Notes under the pieces: model-generated
Database searches by the model: none
What the model saw: only the letters and a program-made list of their open reading frames with translations
Told to the model about the DNA's origin: nothing
Shown here: positions 17,261 through 25,074 of the stretch, piece after piece
How positions within the stretch are numbered: the stretch's first letter is position 1
How the letters are laid out: every line of letters begins with the position of its first letter
Source: a virus
Virus record (IMG/VR): IMGVR_UViG_3300042389_000724
Coordinates: 1-64,000 of that record
Strand: one strand, 5' to 3'
DNA: 64,000 nucleotides
Program-made: the position numbers and the translations under genes

Positions 17261-17378
17261 GTCACAGGGCAGTAGTGTAGACAGTGCGAACTGGATTACG
17301 CTATTCATGCGTTACGGGAATTTCGCTACCTGTTGACCGTCAGAGATGGGGGAGTCGCAAGACTCCCCCAACTTTTTT
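17261..17378 (+). ncRNA. Candidate structured ncRNA plus terminator
   Basis: GTCACAGG/CCTGTTGAC closing helix, TAGTGTAGACAGT-GCGA-ACTGGATTACGCTA hairpin, terminator GGGGGAGTC-GCAA-GACTCCCCC. Confidence 0.5.
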
Positions 17379-17485
17379 AATCCGTGAAGTATTTCCGAGT
17401 GAATACTTAAAACCCGTTCCTTGCGGCAAGCCGTCTAGATACTATACCCTTCAATACCGAAGGAATATTCTTAAAGGAGATTGTT

Positions 17486-17653
17486 ATGGCTACTACAAAT
17501 GCTACTGCGAAGACTTGCCCCGTCACTGGTTCGTTCTCTTGGACGAACCCCATTCACCTCGCGGCGTTCTTTGCGCTGCTCCCTTTTGCAATCAAGGGAG
17601 TCATGTTTGCATTCAATGCTCTGGCAAAGGGCGTTGACGCACTTGTTAAGTGA
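17486..17653 (+). CDS. Small membrane protein, 55 aa, not in the ORF track
   Basis: AAGGAG RBS; MATTNATAKTCPVTGSFSWTNPIHLAAFFALLPFAIKGVMFAFNALAKGVDALVK; terminator follows. Confidence 0.75.
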   Translation: MATTNATAKTCPVTGSFSWTNPIHLAAFFALLPFAIKGVMFAFNALAKGVDALVK

Positions 17654-17683
17654 TTAAGCCCCACTTAATCCATTAAGATGAAC

Positions 17684-17713
17684 GGGAGGGCAGAAATGCC
17701 CTCCTTTTCTTTT
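17684..17713 (+). terminator. Rho-independent terminator
   Basis: GGAGGGCA-GAAA-TGCCCTCC followed by a T-tract. Confidence 0.85.
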
Positions 17714-17779
17714 CCCGAAGTAGACAAAACAAATATTGCGGGTGCTTGTTTCAGATATTGCCCGTGCTATACTTTGTGC

Positions 17780-18271
17780 ATGACCCCGATTGATCGCAGC
17801 ACTCGCCACGCACGAATGGAAGACCCGTTCCCGAAGCAGCACTACTTGTCCCGCCACGGCGGTCAGTGGGTGTGGGGATACTTTCCGTGGAACGGCAGCG
17901 TGATCGTGGTGGGCTTTGACGGCTCACGCCCCGACTCGCTTCAGCACATCAAGGAGAACTCGGTGTGCGAACTCCTCACGGTGGACGCGGCGCGGCGGCA
18001 TTGGAATGAACGCCTTGAATGGGAGTACAGTGCTGTTGATCCAAAGGATTGGGCTGCGCTCACCTACCGAATCACGGTACACGGGATCGCGCTCAATTTT
18101 GTCAATAGGCGACAGGCGAACACTGCATTCGGAATGATGCAGGATTTCTTCAACACGAACAGCACCCCCGCAATTCAAGAGATCCAAGAGAAATTGGATA
18201 CACTCATTTCAACGCACTACGAGAACTGCGAACACAAGAACGAATACACGAACTACGCACTGGAGGCATAA
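17780..18271 (+). CDS. Hypothetical protein (leaderless)
   Basis: TTGTTT-N16-TATACT 6 nt before ATG 17780; contains DAARRHWNERL. Confidence 0.72.
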   Translation: MTPIDRSTRHARMEDPFPKQHYLSRHGGQWVWGYFPWNGSVIVVGFDGSRPDSLQHIKENSVCELLTVDAARRHWNERLEWEYSAVDPKDWAALTYRITVHGIALNFVNRRQANTAFGMMQDFFNTNSTPAIQEIQEKLDTLISTHYENCEHKNEYTNYALEA

Positions 18272-18274
18272 ACC

Positions 18275-18709
18275 ATGAGCAATCAAGACACCACATACGA
18301 AGATTGGAAGACCCGTTTCCCTCTGTGCTTTGAGCGCACAGGCTCCTGCATGGGGTTTGGCATTCAACACAACAAGGGATGGAACGGCATCATTGAGCGG
18401 CTGCTCCAAAAGATTGAAGCGTACCTCGCAGAGAAGTACGCCGCAGGGTTCCGCGATCCCGACTACGGATTTCAGATTGATCAGATCAAGGAAAAGTTCG
18501 GAACGCTGCGGTTCTATGTGTGCGGCGCAGACGATCAGATTTTTCAGTGGATTGTGGAAGCCGAGCGCGAAACCGCACAAACCTGTGAAGCGTGTGGTGC
18601 GCCTGGTTCACTGCACTCCCGCATCGGTGGGTATTGGGTGTATACTCGTTGTCCACAGTGTGCCACCGAAAACATGGAACCATACAAGGCGGAAGACCAT
18701 GATTTCTGA
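18275..18709 (+). CDS. Conserved phage protein with QIKEKFGTLRFY motif and C-terminal zinc ribbon
   Basis: GW..I...QIKEKFGxLRFY...CExCG...CxxC; GGAGG RBS. Confidence 0.8.
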   Translation: MSNQDTTYEDWKTRFPLCFERTGSCMGFGIQHNKGWNGIIERLLQKIEAYLAEKYAAGFRDPDYGFQIDQIKEKFGTLRFYVCGADDQIFQWIVEAERETAQTCEACGAPGSLHSRIGGYWVYTRCPQCATENMEPYKAEDHDF

Positions 18710-19295
18710 TGACGAACTGTTTGCCGCGATGCGGCGCGTGAACGCGCAGTACAAGCGCACACTTCAGCGATTAGCCGAAAGCGAAAAAGGAGAACGCATG
18801 ACACTGCCTTACGAAGAAGTCCACAGTCTGCAAGCCGTCCGCAGATTTCTTTACGATCTGCTTGACCCCACTACCACTCCGCGAGTGCCGAAGGCTATTC
18901 GTGAACGAGCGCGGAGAGTGTGCAAGCATTTCCCGATGGACTACAGCATCCAAGAGCGTTACCCCGAAGTGTTCAACCCCAAGCAGGAGACTACCGTGAG
19001 CAACACCACCAACACTACTCGCAAGAACCATGTCGCAGAATATGCCGAACAATATCTGAAGAACGGTGAAACCATTACCGTGGTGTTCACGAAGAAGGAC
19101 GGCACGGAACGCGCCATGCTCTGCACCCGCAACTTGGCAGCGATTCCCGAGGACAAGCACCCAAAGGGCAGCGGCAAGGCAAAGGCAGCGCATCTCATCG
19201 TAGCCTTTGATTTGGAAAAGGGCGAGTGGCGTTCGTTTGACGAAGAGTCCGTGCTGTCCGTGCAGCGCGGCTCCATGCTCCACGAATCCGCCTAA
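18699..19295 (+). CDS. Composite ORF: short helix, BPSL0761-like segment, WYL_2/SH3-like domain
   Basis: MTLPYEE...TPRVPKAIRERARRVCKHFP from 18798, and VVFTKKDGTERAMLCT...FDLEKGEWRSF from about 18996, in one frame; internal RBSs. Confidence 0.7.
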   Translation: MISDDELFAAMRRVNAQYKRTLQRLAESEKGERMTLPYEEVHSLQAVRRFLYDLLDPTTTPRVPKAIRERARRVCKHFPMDYSIQERYPEVFNPKQETTVSNTTNTTRKNHVAEYAEQYLKNGETITVVFTKKDGTERAMLCTRNLAAIPEDKHPKGSGKAKAAHLIVAFDLEKGEWRSFDEESVLSVQRGSMLHESA

Positions 19296-19382
19296 AATAT
19301 TCAACATTTCTGCACCCCACGAAAACCCCTGCAAACACAGGGGTTTTTGCAAATAAATTATCGGACTTTGTGAATCCGCCTC

Positions 19383-19412
19383 TTGACGGAAACCCCTGTT
19401 TTCCAGTACAAT
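19383..19412 (+). promoter_or_regulatory. sigma70-like early promoter
   Basis: TTGACG-N18-TACAAT with ATG 8 nt later. Confidence 0.7.
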
Positions 19413-19420
19413 TGTGGTCT

Positions 19421-20203
19421 ATGGCTACCGCCTCACCTACCGCACCCGTTCGCCGTTCCGCCCGTTCGCCCATGCAGTACACTCCGTACACGCTCAACCC
19501 GTCCGCAATGCCCTACGGTCTGTGGATTGACATCCCGTTCCGCAAGCGCGGCAGTACGCAGATCCGCTCCGAAGCAAAGGGTCGCGGTGCGCGTTTCTGC
19601 CCCGCTGCGAAGGGCGCGATCAAGTGGTGGATGCCGAAGAACCGCCTGACTGCGGACACCGTGAACTGGCTCAACTCTCACGAAATGATTCGTGGTGAGC
19701 GCAAGGCTCCCGTGTTCAACCCCAACGCGATGACGGTCGCGGACATCAACCTCGCGTATCCGTTCCGCGTGTTCCTTGCCGTGCCGTTTGAGGACAAGGA
19801 CATTGCGAAGGGCGCGGGTGCGCTGTGGAGCAGCGAGGACAAGCGGTGGTTCTTCAACGCCACCAACCTCACGCAGCACCGCTTTGATGAAATGCTAAAG
19901 AAGCAGTGGGTGTTCTCGTTCCACGGTGTGCTGAAGAGCGACCCCACGCACACCGCTACGGGCGTGTATTTCTTCACCGAAGACTTTGGCGGCGCGGCGG
20001 CTCCCGCTGCTCCTGCTGCGGCTCCGTTCGTTCCGCAGGTGTGGACTCTTCAGAAGGACAGCAACCTGGCGATCATGTCCACGACCGCAGACGGTCGCAT
20101 CGTTCTTGTGTGTGATGAGTTTGGCTTGAACGCCACCCACACGAAGGACGAAGCGCGTTCCATTTGGAACGGACTGATTGCTGACGGTTGGGTGCTTGCC
20201 TAA
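19421..20203 (+). CDS. Protein with two DUF5710-like repeats and a C-terminal ARxxWxxLxxxGW domain
   Basis: WIDIPF...AKGRGARF...W and FLAVPFEDKDIAKGAGALW...KRWF. Confidence 0.75.
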   Translation: MATASPTAPVRRSARSPMQYTPYTLNPSAMPYGLWIDIPFRKRGSTQIRSEAKGRGARFCPAAKGAIKWWMPKNRLTADTVNWLNSHEMIRGERKAPVFNPNAMTVADINLAYPFRVFLAVPFEDKDIAKGAGALWSSEDKRWFFNATNLTQHRFDEMLKKQWVFSFHGVLKSDPTHTATGVYFFTEDFGGAAAPAAPAAAPFVPQVWTLQKDSNLAIMSTTADGRIVLVCDEFGLNATHTKDEARSIWNGLIADGWVLA

Positions 20204-20210
20204 AAGGAGA

Positions 20211-20606
20211 ATGACTCAAATGTGCAATTACGAATATTGCGATGACTGTGGCTATCGCGTCTACCCGAAGGCGCGTTGTGTGGTGGAGTCCCTGCCCTGC
20301 GACATTGCGTCCGCGAACGAGGGCGAGAGCGCGACCCTGTGCCGCCGCTGCTACGGCATCGTGACGGGACAGGACGCGCCTGTGCCTGATGACAACACGA
20401 ACCCGTGCCGCTGCTGCGGCGAAATCGTTTACGACACCGACTACGACACCTGCGAACTGTGTGAGCCGAGCGATCACACTCCGCAGGGCATGGAGCGTAT
20501 GTGGGGCAAGAAGTGCAAGCGGTTCAAGAAGGGTTGCGGCGGATGTGAGGCGTGGCGACTGTACGAGCAGACGGGACGAGTCCCGTCTGCGGACGATGTG
20601 CCTTGA
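20211..20606 (+). CDS. Cys-rich multi-zinc-finger protein
   Basis: Five CxxC pairs; AAGGAG RBS (start 20211 or 20220). Confidence 0.75.
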   Translation: MTQMCNYEYCDDCGYRVYPKARCVVESLPCDIASANEGESATLCRRCYGIVTGQDAPVPDDNTNPCRCCGEIVYDTDYDTCELCEPSDHTPQGMERMWGKKCKRFKKGCGGCEAWRLYEQTGRVPSADDVP

Positions 20607-20615
20607 GGAAACACT

Positions 20616-20753
20616 ATGAACATCAGAGCAGGAAAGTTCGTACACGATGCGTTCCGCGAGGGGCAACGCTTGCGCCCGAAGACATGGGGCAAGAAGTCAC
20701 GCTGTCCCCGCAAGGCGCGGCGTGAAGCCAAACGCGAACTCCAAAATAGTTGA
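20616..20753 (+). CDS. Small basic protein, 45 aa, not in the ORF track
   Basis: GAGGA RBS; MNIRAGKFVHDAFREGQRLRPKTWGKKSRCPRKARREAKRELQNS. Confidence 0.65.
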   Translation: MNIRAGKFVHDAFREGQRLRPKTWGKKSRCPRKARREAKRELQNS

Positions 20754-20762
20754 ATCGCCCAC

Positions 20763-20789
20763 AGCCGCCCCCAACGGGGCGGCTTTTTT
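20763..20789 (+). terminator. Rho-independent terminator
   Basis: AGCCGCCCC-CAAC-GGGGCGGCT followed by Ts. Confidence 0.85.
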
Positions 20790-20813
20790 CATAGATACTT
20801 TTGGAGGTTCACG

Positions 20814-21137
20814 ATGTCTGACTACGAAAAAATCGTAGGCATTGATCTTGAAGAAATTCAGAACGGTATCGCTCTCTACTGCATATACGAATCCAAAGAC
20901 GGTGGCAAGGAGTGGATGCCTGTTCTGAAATCTGCAAATATTGTGATGCTGTTGGAATACGCAAAGGCTCGGTACGATGACAATACTCCGCTCGTAATGC
21001 AGCCACACATCCAAGACATTATGCTTTCACAAATCGTGCAGGAAGCACGGCAGACAAAACAAAAGGCACTACAGCACAACACGCCGCCACGAAAAAATTG
21101 GTTCAGAAGGGTTTGGGATTTCTTCAGAAGGAGATAG
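20814..21137 (+). CDS. Hypothetical protein
   Basis: GGAGGT RBS. Confidence 0.75.
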   Translation: MSDYEKIVGIDLEEIQNGIALYCIYESKDGGKEWMPVLKSANIVMLLEYAKARYDDNTPLVMQPHIQDIMLSQIVQEARQTKQKALQHNTPPRKNWFRRVWDFFRRR

Positions 21138-21139
21138 CC

Positions 21140-21313
21140 ATGAAGAAAACCGAGAAGGAACTCAACGAGGAACTGCTCAACGCAGCAGCACTAGCCGTCC
21201 ACTCGTATGAGGAATACCTTCTGGACCAAATAGGATGGCGCGAATTGGCTCAAGTCATGGACGCGCTACGCAAGGCTGTGACCGCCGTGGACAAACACAA
21301 ACTTTCAAAGTAA
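21140..21313 (+). CDS. Hypothetical protein
   Basis: AAGGAG RBS before MKKTEKELNEE. Confidence 0.7.
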   Translation: MKKTEKELNEELLNAAALAVHSYEEYLLDQIGWRELAQVMDALRKAVTAVDKHKLSK

Positions 21314-21535
21314 TCCGTTTTCGTGAAGTATTGACTTTTATATTGGGGTGAATTTTCCACTCGTCTAACTATCTGTGTAGGGTATGGAATGATGGATTCT
21401 ATAAAGAATACACCAGTACCAGTAGAGTACCAGAGGGACACCCCACAGAATCAAATAGACGAATCTTTGTGCAACCCATTGCACTCCTGTTCCGACACGC
21501 TACAATAAGAGCGTACCAAAGGAACCCACTACACC

Positions 21536-21799
21536 ATGTTCCGTCTACACATTGACATTCCACTGCCACTCACCGAAGAGCAATGCGCCGAGGTTACTCG
21601 CCGCGTGATGGCTGGCTTTTACGATCCTTCTCTTTTGGACTTCCTGCGTAGTGTGGGAGTCCCATCCGTGAACTACCGTTTGGGTCACGATGATGACCGC
21701 CAAAAGAGCAACTACCTTATCAAGTCCACACGCGGTCATGTGGCAAACAAGAAGAGCAGAATTTCAATCTGCGAGGAAGAAACCCGTGAAGAAGAGTGA
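21536..21799 (+). CDS. Hypothetical protein
   Basis: Downstream of TTGCAC-N16-TACAAT (21479-21506); AAGGA RBS. Confidence 0.72.
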   Translation: MFRLHIDIPLPLTEEQCAEVTRRVMAGFYDPSLLDFLRSVGVPSVNYRLGHDDDRQKSNYLIKSTRGHVANKKSRISICEEETREEE

Positions 21800-22016
21800 A
21801 GCAAAGACGGCTACGAAGCGCGTGAATCGCATGAGCAAGAAGATCAGCAAGAGCAGCGCACCGCTGTTCATCCCGAACGCCTCCGAGACTCCTGCGCCGA
21901 AGGCGTACACCCGCGAGGAGATTGAGGCAATTCTCACGAATGTGATGCTAGTGTCCGTGAGCCTTGCGGCTGTGCTGCTTGCCCTGTCAATTTTCATCAC
22001 GGTGGTACGCAACTAA
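21786..22016 (+). CDS. Small basic protein with C-terminal TM helix
   Basis: Start GTG 21786 or ATG 21831; VMLVSVSLAAVLLALSIFITVV. Confidence 0.6.
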   Translation: MKKSEAKTATKRVNRMSKKISKSSAPLFIPNASETPAPKAYTREEIEAILTNVMLVSVSLAAVLLALSIFITVVRN

Positions 22017-22024
22017 AAACTACT

Positions 22025-22095
22025 GGGCAGTGGGCGGATGGCTTCGCAGGGCGACTTATAATCGTTTCAATCAGGTTCAATCCCTGAACTGCCTA
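22025..22095 (+). tRNA. tRNA-Ile(TAT), non-canonical
   Basis: GGGCAGT/ACTGCCT-A, anticodon arm GGCGA-CTTATAA-TCGTT, T arm TCAGG-TTCAATC-CCTGA; G instead of U8. Confidence 0.75.
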
Positions 22096-22111
22096 TTTGA
22101 AAGGAATTGGT

Positions 22112-22408
22112 ATGAACTACGAGAACGCTGACGAGTTTGATCGCACCTTCAACGATATGCAGGAGTGGTTCCGTCCTGAAGAGGCGGATGATCAGATGGC
22201 ATTCATTGACTACGAGGGGAACGGCAAGTGGATTCTTGGAATCATGAATCCGCAGACCCGCACCGTGCTTGATGTGCTTGACGAGGATGAGTGCATACAT
22301 ACTCTTGCACGGAGAGCAGTGGACGCTTGGGGTGCAGACCCCACCGAACTGTGGCTCTCCCCGTGTGCAGCAATTCTCGCCCTGTTGGGCGTGGGCATGG
22401 AAGTGTAA
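22112..22408 (+). CDS. Hypothetical acidic protein
   Basis: AAGGA RBS before MNYENADEF. Confidence 0.72.
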   Translation: MNYENADEFDRTFNDMQEWFRPEEADDQMAFIDYEGNGKWILGIMNPQTRTVLDVLDEDECIHTLARRAVDAWGADPTELWLSPCAAILALLGVGMEV

Positions 22409-22420
22409 AAGGAGTACAGT

Positions 22421-22678
22421 ATGGCAACCCCCAAGAAGACAACCACCATTTCACTGGACATGAGCATTGGCGACTCTGCATTCCTGAAGATTGCAAAGAT
22501 GGCTCATGCCAACAACATGACATTCAACGAGCAGATCAACAAGATCGTGCAGGACGCGGTGAACTCGCTTGATCGCCCTGCGGTCGCTGTCCCCGCAAGT
22601 CTCAACATTCGCAAGGCATCAGAGATTGAGCCTTACGAGCCAAAGCCTTTCGGGTTCGCAGCCAAGCCACAAGCATGA
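22421..22678 (+). CDS. Hypothetical protein, possibly ribbon-helix-helix-like
   Basis: AAGGAG RBS; strand followed by FLKIAKMAHANNMTFNEQINKIV. Confidence 0.7.
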   Translation: MATPKKTTTISLDMSIGDSAFLKIAKMAHANNMTFNEQINKIVQDAVNSLDRPAVAVPASLNIRKASEIEPYEPKPFGFAAKPQA

Positions 22679-22724
22679 GGTGCAGCGTGTTGGATGAAGC
22701 GGTTCAGGCAGTAGGAGGTGTGCT

Positions 22725-22943
22725 ATGCGTGAACGGGAAGAGAGCGAACTTCAGACCCTTCGTGAACTGGCGAAAGCCTTTGATGACTTATGCGGCGACT
22801 TGCCAAAACTTGAGAAGTACCGCCGTGACGGGCGGGGTCGCATCGGATACACCCCTCACACCCTCGCTCTATTCCGCGCGGCTAAACGAACTCTGAACGA
22901 GTGGAAGCGTTTCTTAAAAAAGGAGAATGACAATGGGAATTGA
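22725..22943 (+). CDS. Hypothetical protein
   Basis: AGGAGGT RBS. Confidence 0.72.
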   Translation: MREREESELQTLRELAKAFDDLCGDLPKLEKYRRDGRGRIGYTPHTLALFRAAKRTLNEWKRFLKKENDNGN

Positions 22944-23067
22944 TGACGGATTTGGAAATTTGCTAGCGATTTTCATGGGCGGCGTGGTGATTGCACTGGC
23001 GTTCACGGCGGTGGATCGCCTGTTCAACATTTCTCAATGGAAGCCCAAGCCGCGCCGCAAGAAGTAA
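22933..23067 (+). CDS. Small single-TM protein, not in the ORF track
   Basis: AAGGAG RBS; MGIDDGFGNLLAIFMGGVVIALAFTAVDRLFNISQWKPKPRRKK. Confidence 0.65.
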   Translation: MGIDDGFGNLLAIFMGGVVIALAFTAVDRLFNISQWKPKPRRKK

Positions 23068-23105
23068 ATATTGCGCTAACGCGCTACTTCAAACTCCTGT
23101 AGAGA

Positions 23106-23113
23106 CATAAATA
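23106..23113 (+). promoter_or_regulatory. T4-like late promoter CATAAATA
   Basis: Upstream of the two PEP-CTERM-like genes. Confidence 0.55.
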
Positions 23114-23166
23114 GTCCTACGGGAGTTTTCTATTTGTCCTGATCCCAACACAGGAGGTATGGACAG

Positions 23167-23943
23167 ATGACACACAAGCACAGCGCAGGATCGCCGTGTG
23201 AATGTGAAAAACTAAAGAATGCCGAGCGGGAAGAACTCCGCGAGGGTCTTAAGAAATGTGTTGAAGCCCGTGAAGCCGAACGGCGCGAGCGGGAAGCCGA
23301 AAACGCAAAGCGGGCAGACGAAGCCGAGGCTGAAGTCAAAAGCCTGAAGAAAAAACTTATTGCATTCCAACTGGCTACCGCTATTGGTGGTGCAGTGATC
23401 GGGCAGGAAATGGTGAACAAGATCACCGCGAAGATCGACTCTGCCAAAGCAATGCAGGAGAAAATCACGGGCGAGGCTGCACCATCGGATCAGTCTGCTG
23501 CTCCTGCTGGCAACACCACGAAGATTGGTTGGGGTGGCGGGTGGAAGCCGTACATTCCAAAGAACAAATTCATAACAAATCAAGATTCAGGCAGCAACGG
23601 AGACATCTCTGGTGTCTGGGCAGGCAGCAGAATTTCGGTGACAGGAGAGCAGCCCTCTCCCATTGTTGAAGACTGGAGTCCGTACACCACAGACACTAAC
23701 ATCAGCAAGCCAGGCTTGCAGCAGATCACCTCTGCCGAAGTACAAGAAGTTTCCAAAAATCTCATTGCGGCGTTGAGCGAACCTCTTCCGCCGCTGTACA
23801 CGATTTCGTTTGGTGCGCCTCTGCTTCCGTTTGATGACAGCAGCGGGTTTGCGTACTCATATGCAGGAGCGGTTGTTCCCTCTCCTGCTCCCATCACTCT
23901 TTTTGCCATGAGCGGACTCATTCACAATCGCAGACGGGCATAA
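23167..23943 (+). CDS. Coiled-coil/TM protein with PEP-CTERM-like tail
   Basis: N-terminal coiled coil, hydrophobic LIAFQLATAIGGAVIG, C-terminus VVPSPAPITLFAMSGLIHNRRRA. Confidence 0.75.
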   Translation: MTHKHSAGSPCECEKLKNAEREELREGLKKCVEAREAERREREAENAKRADEAEAEVKSLKKKLIAFQLATAIGGAVIGQEMVNKITAKIDSAKAMQEKITGEAAPSDQSAAPAGNTTKIGWGGGWKPYIPKNKFITNQDSGSNGDISGVWAGSRISVTGEQPSPIVEDWSPYTTDTNISKPGLQQITSAEVQEVSKNLIAALSEPLPPLYTISFGAPLLPFDDSSGFAYSYAGAVVPSPAPITLFAMSGLIHNRRRA

Positions 23944-23952
23944 GGAGATTAG

Positions 23953-24585
23953 ATGCAAAAGCAAATACTTTCGGCTATCGGTGCAGCAACTGTCAGCACA
24001 TCCGCTATGGGCGGATTGGTTGATGGAAGTTTTGAGAACAACGATGTGTATTACGGATACGGATTTGTACAGGGTGGAATCGACACTTCATGGCTCACTA
24101 CTGCTCCCGACAATCTCATTGAGATTTGGGGGCAATACATGGAGATCAGCGCATATAGTGGAACTCGTTGCGCGGAACTGAATGCAAACTACGCTTCCAC
24201 TCTGTATCAGACGGTGGCTCCCATCAGTGCTGGTTCTTCAGTGAACTGGCACTTTGCCCACCACGGACGGTACGGCACAGACACAATGCGTCTGACCATT
24301 ACTGATCTTGGTGCGGATCAGGATTGGGGCGGTGGGGATGACACCACCGTGTACACTAGTGAATTTTCCGCAGACAATACTGCATGGGTATTGAACTACG
24401 GTAGCGTCACATCTTTGGGAAATTCCATGCGATTTGCGTTTGAGGCTGTGAGCGCAGTGGGTGGCAACACGCAGGGCAATCTGATTGACTGGTGCGATTT
24501 CGGCGTGGGTGTTGTGCCAGCACCTGGCGCAATTTCTATTTTGATGTTTGCTGGTATTTTGGGTTGCATTAGACGCAGAGGGTGA
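23953..24585 (+). CDS. Secreted PEP-CTERM-like (VPAPG) protein with a CBM/DUF642-like beta-sandwich
   Basis: Signal peptide ending SAMG, DGSFE...IEIW...AELNA...LYQ...GNLID, C-terminus VVPAPGAISILMFAGILGCIRRRG. Confidence 0.85.
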   Translation: MQKQILSAIGAATVSTSAMGGLVDGSFENNDVYYGYGFVQGGIDTSWLTTAPDNLIEIWGQYMEISAYSGTRCAELNANYASTLYQTVAPISAGSSVNWHFAHHGRYGTDTMRLTITDLGADQDWGGGDDTTVYTSEFSADNTAWVLNYGSVTSLGNSMRFAFEAVSAVGGNTQGNLIDWCDFGVGVVPAPGAISILMFAGILGCIRRRG

Positions 24586-24665
24586 TTAGACTCTGTGAAG
24601 ATACATAACTGTAGGCGACTACCGCCTGTGAATATGTGAAAGGAATACAGAAATGGAAGGTAAGC

Positions 24666-25070
24666 ATGGCGCAGGAAAAGGTGACACTTATCGCAAGGTT
24701 GATCAGGTGGCTTGGGAACGCAATTGGAACGCTATTTTCGGGAAAGCCGAAACTGAACGAAAAGCCACCAAGCGGAAACCGCGCACTCGGACGGTTAAGC
24801 GACCGCGAAATCCATAAGCAGATGCTCCTACGCATCATGCGCGATCTGAGCGAGGAGTACTACGCTTCAGGATGGATGCAGGGTCTTGAGCATTACCTGT
24901 GGAATCTGGCTCTCCGTCAGAACACCATTGAAGGACAGATGCTCCTGCGGTGCGCGGAGATCAGCGGCGGGTGGTGGATCTGGGACGACAAGGCAGGTGG
25001 TCATGTTTTCGTTCCGCTTGCAGCATGGCAGAGTGCGTATCGTGAAGATGAAATGCTTGAGCCAGCATAA
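24666..25070 (+). CDS. Hypothetical phage protein (MxDLSEEYYxxGWMxGLExxLW)
   Basis: Coherent ORF; start 24666 or 24636. Confidence 0.72.
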   Translation: MAQEKVTLIARLIRWLGNAIGTLFSGKPKLNEKPPSGNRALGRLSDREIHKQMLLRIMRDLSEEYYASGWMQGLEHYLWNLALRQNTIEGQMLLRCAEISGGWWIWDDKAGGHVFVPLAAWQSAYREDEMLEPA

Positions 25071-25074
25071 ATAC

